From Massalongia carnosa (lineage: Eukaryota), in contig OZ287076.1 of the NCBI GenBank assembly GCA_965645245.1, positions 744,001-808,000 on the forward strand: a stretch of 64,000 bases of DNA, in the 5' to 3' direction. Every line of letters starts with the position of its first letter. Positions within the stretch are counted from its first letter, which is position 1. Position numbers and translations under genes: made by a program. The notes under the pieces are model-generated. The model was not told where the DNA came from. It saw only the letters and a list, made by a program, of their open reading frames with translations, and did no database searches. Positions 59,114 to 64,000 of this stretch are shown here, one piece after another.

Positions 59114-61962
59114 ATGAAGTCGACATTATTACTACCTCTAGGCCTTTGCCTAGGGCAAGCATATGCCAATATCAACTTCGAGTACGTGAGGCTACAGTGC
59201 AATCCGGAGGAGGCATTCCACCCCCAATGCATGCGAGGGGACGCCTGCGATAAATCTGGACAGTAAGCATCATCAGGTTTCTGTGGGCATTCGGACAGAG
59301 GCCGATGCTGAATATCGTTTGCGTATAGCTGTGTGCCTTACCAACACTCCTCGTATGCGCTTCGTTCTTTGAAAGGCGCTTTAGAGCTAGTTTCTCGTGC
59401 TCCTGACAACTTCTCACCGGACGGGCAATGCGGTCCCAACCATGGCGGTACAATCTGCAATCCTACAAGCACTATTTACACGGTAAATTACTCTCGACGA
59501 AAGCCGTGGACAGATTGCTAATAGTTCTGCAGGGATCTTGCTGTTCTGTGAGCATTCAAATCATCTACCTCTTTCGTAACAACCATGCTGAATAGAGATC
59601 AAGGCTTATGGGTGGTGCGGCAATACTGATGCCCACTGCGGCGCTGGATGCATCTCTGGCTGTAAGACTTCAACAACCCCAACCGACCCCAAGGCTGCGC
59701 GAACGGATGGACGCTGCGGGAAAGATTTCGAAAATGCTGTCTGCGATGCGAATGGCCCATATGGTGGATGCTGTTCACAATTTGGGTATGCTTGCCACGT
59801 AGCTTTTCTTCCTCAAGTACCTATGAAACGCAGCTAAACTGGTATTATCTAGATGGTGTGGTAAATTAACCGGGCAGTAAGTGCTGCACGCAGTCGGTTA
59901 TCTCGTATTTCGGCTGACCGATGTGCCAGCTGTTCTACGGCCTCGGGATGTCAGAGCGGCTGCGACGGCGGAAGCCCAACCTCATCACCTGATCCCCCAG
60001 TTATCAAGGCGTCTGTCACAGCTCGAGAGGCTTCCTCTACAAGTGCAGCGGAGCCAGTACTAGGTGCTCCAACAGCTGCACCAGCCACCGGCAAAGTAAC
60101 GACAGACGGAACTTGTGGTGGCAACAATGATAATACGGTCTGTGGCGACTGGCCTCAAGGAAGCTGCTGCTCTGGATATGGCGTAAGTTTGTATGCAAGG
60201 TTTCCGGTTCACATGTTGATCATGGTCAGTTTTGTGGGAAAACCACTGCTCATTGCGGCAATGGCTGCCAGAGCGGGCCTTGCCTTGGAGGGGCTGTTGT
60301 GCCTCCACCGGGTCCTTCGCCTGCCCCCGCTCTAGCCAATCCTGGTACCTTTAAGGTTGTAGGACAAGCTGGTGTACCGGCCATGCATGCTGGTCTCCTG
60401 CCGAACGGTAGAGTGGTTTTCTTGGACAAGGTCGAAAACTATACGCAGCTCAAGCTGGGGAATGGCCAGTATGCCTACTCCTGCGAGTACAACCCGGCTG
60501 ACAACACGGTTAAACCCCTTGCTTACAAGGTTCGCGCTAATTTCATCACTCTCTTCCATTCGGGCCCTTCGGGCTAATATGAACGCAGACAAATGCATTC
60601 TGTTCAGGAGGAAGTTTCCTAGCCAACGGGGACTTTGTGTCAATCGGTGGCAATGCACCTCTTGATTTCATTGATCCCACCGTCACCGATGGATTCGATG
60701 CGATCCGATATCTCTCACGCTCTTCCAGCGATGCAAGCCTGAATGGACAAGCCTGGAAGGAACCAGGTAACAAGATCGCGTCTCATCGCTGGTACGCTTC
60801 AGTCCAAATCCTAGCAGACGGGAGGTTGTTCGTGGCTTCTGGCAGTCTTAATGGACTGAATCCCACCGTATTGGAAAACAACAACCCCACCTATGAAATC
60901 TTGAGCGCTACGGGCATTTCCAGCGGCACCAATGTACCCTTGGAGATCTTGAACAAGAATCAACCGTATTACATGTATCCTTTCATCCATTTGCTGAACG
61001 ATGGGAACCTATTTATCTTTGTCTCCAAGTCGTCCGAAATCTATAGCGTTGGAGGCCAAAACGTCGTCAAAGCCCTCCCTGATCTTAATGGCGATTTCCG
61101 GACCTACCCGAACACCGGTGGCAGCGTGCTCCTCCCGCTTCGTAGCTCCAACAAATATGCTGCAGACATCATGATCTGTGGTGGTGGTGCTTACCAAGAT
61201 ATTACCAGCCCCACCGACGCTAGCTGCGGAAGAATACAACCTCAATCGGCCGCACCAGCGTGGGAAATGGACGCCATGCCCGAAGGTCGTGGCATGGTGG
61301 AAGCAACACTCCTCCCTGATGGGACAGTTGTCTGGCTCAATGGATGCAACCTGGGAGCCCAAGGCTTTGGCGTTGCTAAGAATCCCACGCTTGAGGCTCT
61401 CCTCTACGACCCCAGCAAAGCGTTGGGCCAGCGCTGGAACACGGCTGGTGCCACCACCATTGCCCGTTTATACCATTCGGTTGCCCTCCTTCTCCTTGAC
61501 GGCACCGTACTCGTGGCTGGCTCCAACCCGGTTGAGCAACCTGTCCTCACACCAGTCCCCAATCAAACACCGTCCGAGGACTACGTCACCGAGTTTCGCG
61601 TCGAGATCTGGACACCGCCGTACCTCCAAGGCGCCAAAGCCGCTCTACGCCCAACGAACATTGTTCTCTCGAGCAAAAGTCTGACTGCCAACGGAGCCAC
61701 CTTTACCATTAATTTCACTGCTCCTACTACCGCCAAAGCTATCCAGGTATCGCTATACCATGGTGGTTTTGTGACGCACAGTCTGCATATGAACCATCGG
61801 ATGATATTCCTCGATACCGTAGGTTTCAAGGCAGGCACACCAGCGCAATCGCTGACCGTTACGATGCCGCCTAACAAGAATGTGGCGCCCCCCGGCCCGT
61901 ACGTGGTTTATGTGACCGCTGATGGCGTGCCTGGCTTTGGACAGTTTGTATCCGTGAATTAG
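59114..61962 (+). CDS. Secreted copper radical oxidase (AA5_1, glyoxal oxidase-like) with N-terminal chitin-binding CBM18/hevein modules
   Basis: Signal [18 protein letters not shown]; repeated DGxCG...CCSxxGxCG modules over several small exons; catalytic-domain motifs NAFCSGG, RWY, RTYP, RLYHS, GFVTHS. Confidence 0.92.
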
Positions 61963-63017
61963 GTGCTATCTGACTGATATGAGACTGGAGCAAAATCACG
62001 ATTCTTTCCATCTCTCGTCTTTTCCTATGAACGGAAGCTTTTGCGATATAGACACGTTAGCAAACGTTTGGCCTAATTTTGGATGACCGGGGGAATTCCC
62101 GCTTTTACTTAAATATGTTGCGAGATTCGCTACCTGTATAGAAGCATGCATACCCCGGGGGTTCGTTGGCAACAGGGATGGAAATGGTCGGAATGGTAAA
62201 AAGAAGGTGGAACACTCAACCGGCACAAGAGCGCCTCTCTGGCCCTGTTGGTTTCTTCGCAAAACAAAACGGATGGGGATAACGAGGTCGTGTGAAGATA
62301 GCGCTGTGTGATTATTATTCTTCGTGTAATCAGAGCATTATGGGACGGGTGATTCGTATTCATAGAGCCCATTTTCCCCCCACAAAAACAACGAATTTTG
62401 CTGTACATGTATCTAGCCTGATTAAGTCTTGACCTATATTATGCTTGTGACAGTAACTGAGGCGAAGAGGAAGGGTGGAAAAGCGGGCGGTCGGTCGGTC
62501 GGTTGGTTCTGTTGATTGATTTGTTTATTATTTTACGCCGATTTCAATGGTTTGATTTCTTGCATTTCCCCCTTTCCTGATCGTGGGGGAAACTAAAGAA
62601 AGAGGGAATAGGAAAGGGGGAAGGAACAGAGAGAGAAGGTGACTACATATTACATATAGATACATAACTACATGCATACATACGTACATACACACATACA
62701 AAACAGACAGCTACCACTGATACAGAGTAGATCGATCGATACGTCCTCACTACTTGCTTTTTTTGGTCCTTTTTGTCCTTTTTGTCCATCCATGCATCCA
62801 TCACCTCCTCCTGATGTAGATATGTAGCTTCCAACCACCCCATTCGCTCTCTCTACCCCTACCAAAAAACCAATTCCTCTTCCCCTCAACTGCACGCATC
62901 CCGAAACCTTCCCCCCCCCCTTCCCAAACCATTGGGACTTCCTTAAAAGTTCAGAGCGAAACACGGACGTAAAAACCCGGGCCTTCTGGGGCTGAACGAA
63001 AGGAGGGGGTAAAAGGA

Positions 63018-64000
63018 TTACGAATCCCTCTTCTTTCTCCCATCTTTCCAATCCGACATGTGCGCCTTGATGATGCTCGCCGCCTTCTCCGCCGAATGCT
63101 GGCGCCCAATCGCCTCGACGAAATCGCCTTCGGGATCTAAGCCAGTTTCATGGGAGTTTAGCAAATCCAATCCTGCCTTTTTCCTTGCCCCCCCAAAAAT
63201 TAAAACAAATAAAAACACGAAGAGAACGTACCCATTAAGTAGAAATAGATGCTGTGATCCACCAAGTAGTCCATTCCTGGCTGGGCTCCCTCGGGTGTGC
63301 TGAAATATACCCGATAGGCTTTGCACACTTGCTTGATCTGCGCCCAGGAGCCCGTGAGACCGACGATGGCGGGGTGGAACTCGGAGAGATAAGATTTTAG
63401 GACCGGGGGGGTGTCGCGGGCTGGGTCGCAGGTTATGAAGAGGGGGAGGAGGGAGGGGCGGGAGGTTGGGGTGTTAGTGCTGGTTGAGGATGGAGATGGG
63501 GGGAGGACAGATAAGGAGGGAGGGGAGACGAGATCGATCATGGTGGACAATTTGTCGAGTTCTTCAGGGCAGATGTCGGGGCAGTGCGTGAAGCCGAAAT
63601 AGACCTGGAAGGAAGCAGGCGGGTTAGCATTGCTTTCCAGCTGAAATGGAAACTCCTCCCCTCCCACCCCGAGAAAAAAACAAACAAACAAGAAACCAAA
63701 AACACCTACCAACGAAAACCCCCCCCTCATGTCCTCGTCCCCAAACGCCCTTCCCTCATGATCCACCAGCTCGAACTTCCCGCCCACCTTCGGCCTCCCC
63801 ACCCCCTTCGCCGCCTCCGCCACGCGCTTCCGCTCCATGCGCGCCTTCTCGTACCGGAAGTAGAAGATCATCCCCGCACCTGCCGTCATGAACAGGAGCG
63901 CTGCGCCGATGGTGAATGGCTGTGTTTTGGGAAAGAGGGATTTTGGTGAGTGTTAGCTGGGTTTTGCGCTGGGTTGATTTTTGGAGGGGGGGGGGGAGGC
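63018..64000 (-). CDS. SCO1: Mitochondrial copper chaperone SCO1/SenC (3' part)
   Basis: GRPKVGGKFELVD, VYFGFTHCPDICPEELDK (CxxxC), FITCDPARD, DYLVDHSIYFYLM|DPEGDFVEAIGR; 5' exon lies beyond the window. Confidence 0.95.

Noticed and set aside
59114..64000. Copper gene cluster (copper radical oxidase next to SCO1)
   Set aside because: Secreted enzyme versus mitochondrial chaperone; no transporter or shared regulation evident, adjacency probably coincidental.
1..64000. Starship or other giant mobile element
   Set aside because: No tyrosine-recombinase captain gene seen; conserved housekeeping genes are interspersed throughout.

Overview
Eukaryotic (filamentous ascomycete, Pezizomycotina-type) genomic DNA with short GT-AG introns and CTRAC branch sites; a lichen-forming lineage is possible but is only an impression. 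Host genes: Upc2-like Zn2Cys6 transcription factor, DUF3602-like small protein, Nudix hydrolase, molybdopterin synthase catalytic subunit, GPI-anchored Ser/Thr/Pro-rich wall protein, Mkk1/2-type MAPKK, a secreted Cys-rich WxGTAPFC-repeat protein, a peroxisome-targeted 2-hydroxyacid dehydrogenase, a DUF3433-like membrane protein, a PTH11-like membrane protein, a multi-CBM18 AA5_1 copper radical oxidase and the 3' part of SCO1. DNA transposons: a two-ORF PIF/Harbinger element at the left edge, two copies of a 0.5-kb Tourist-like MITE, an intact Fot1/pogo element with unusually long (185 bp) TIRs and a second frameshifted Fot1/pogo element. The most unusual observations are a PD-(D/E)xK-like nuclease ORF preceded by tandem repeats that each encode an in-frame uORF, an orphan coiled-coil gene with a 1.1-kb ATG-free leader built from nested repeats, a MITE copy with a doubled terminus, and a probable heavily decayed HET-domain pseudogene. 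All calls are made by eye from motifs; no database search was run.
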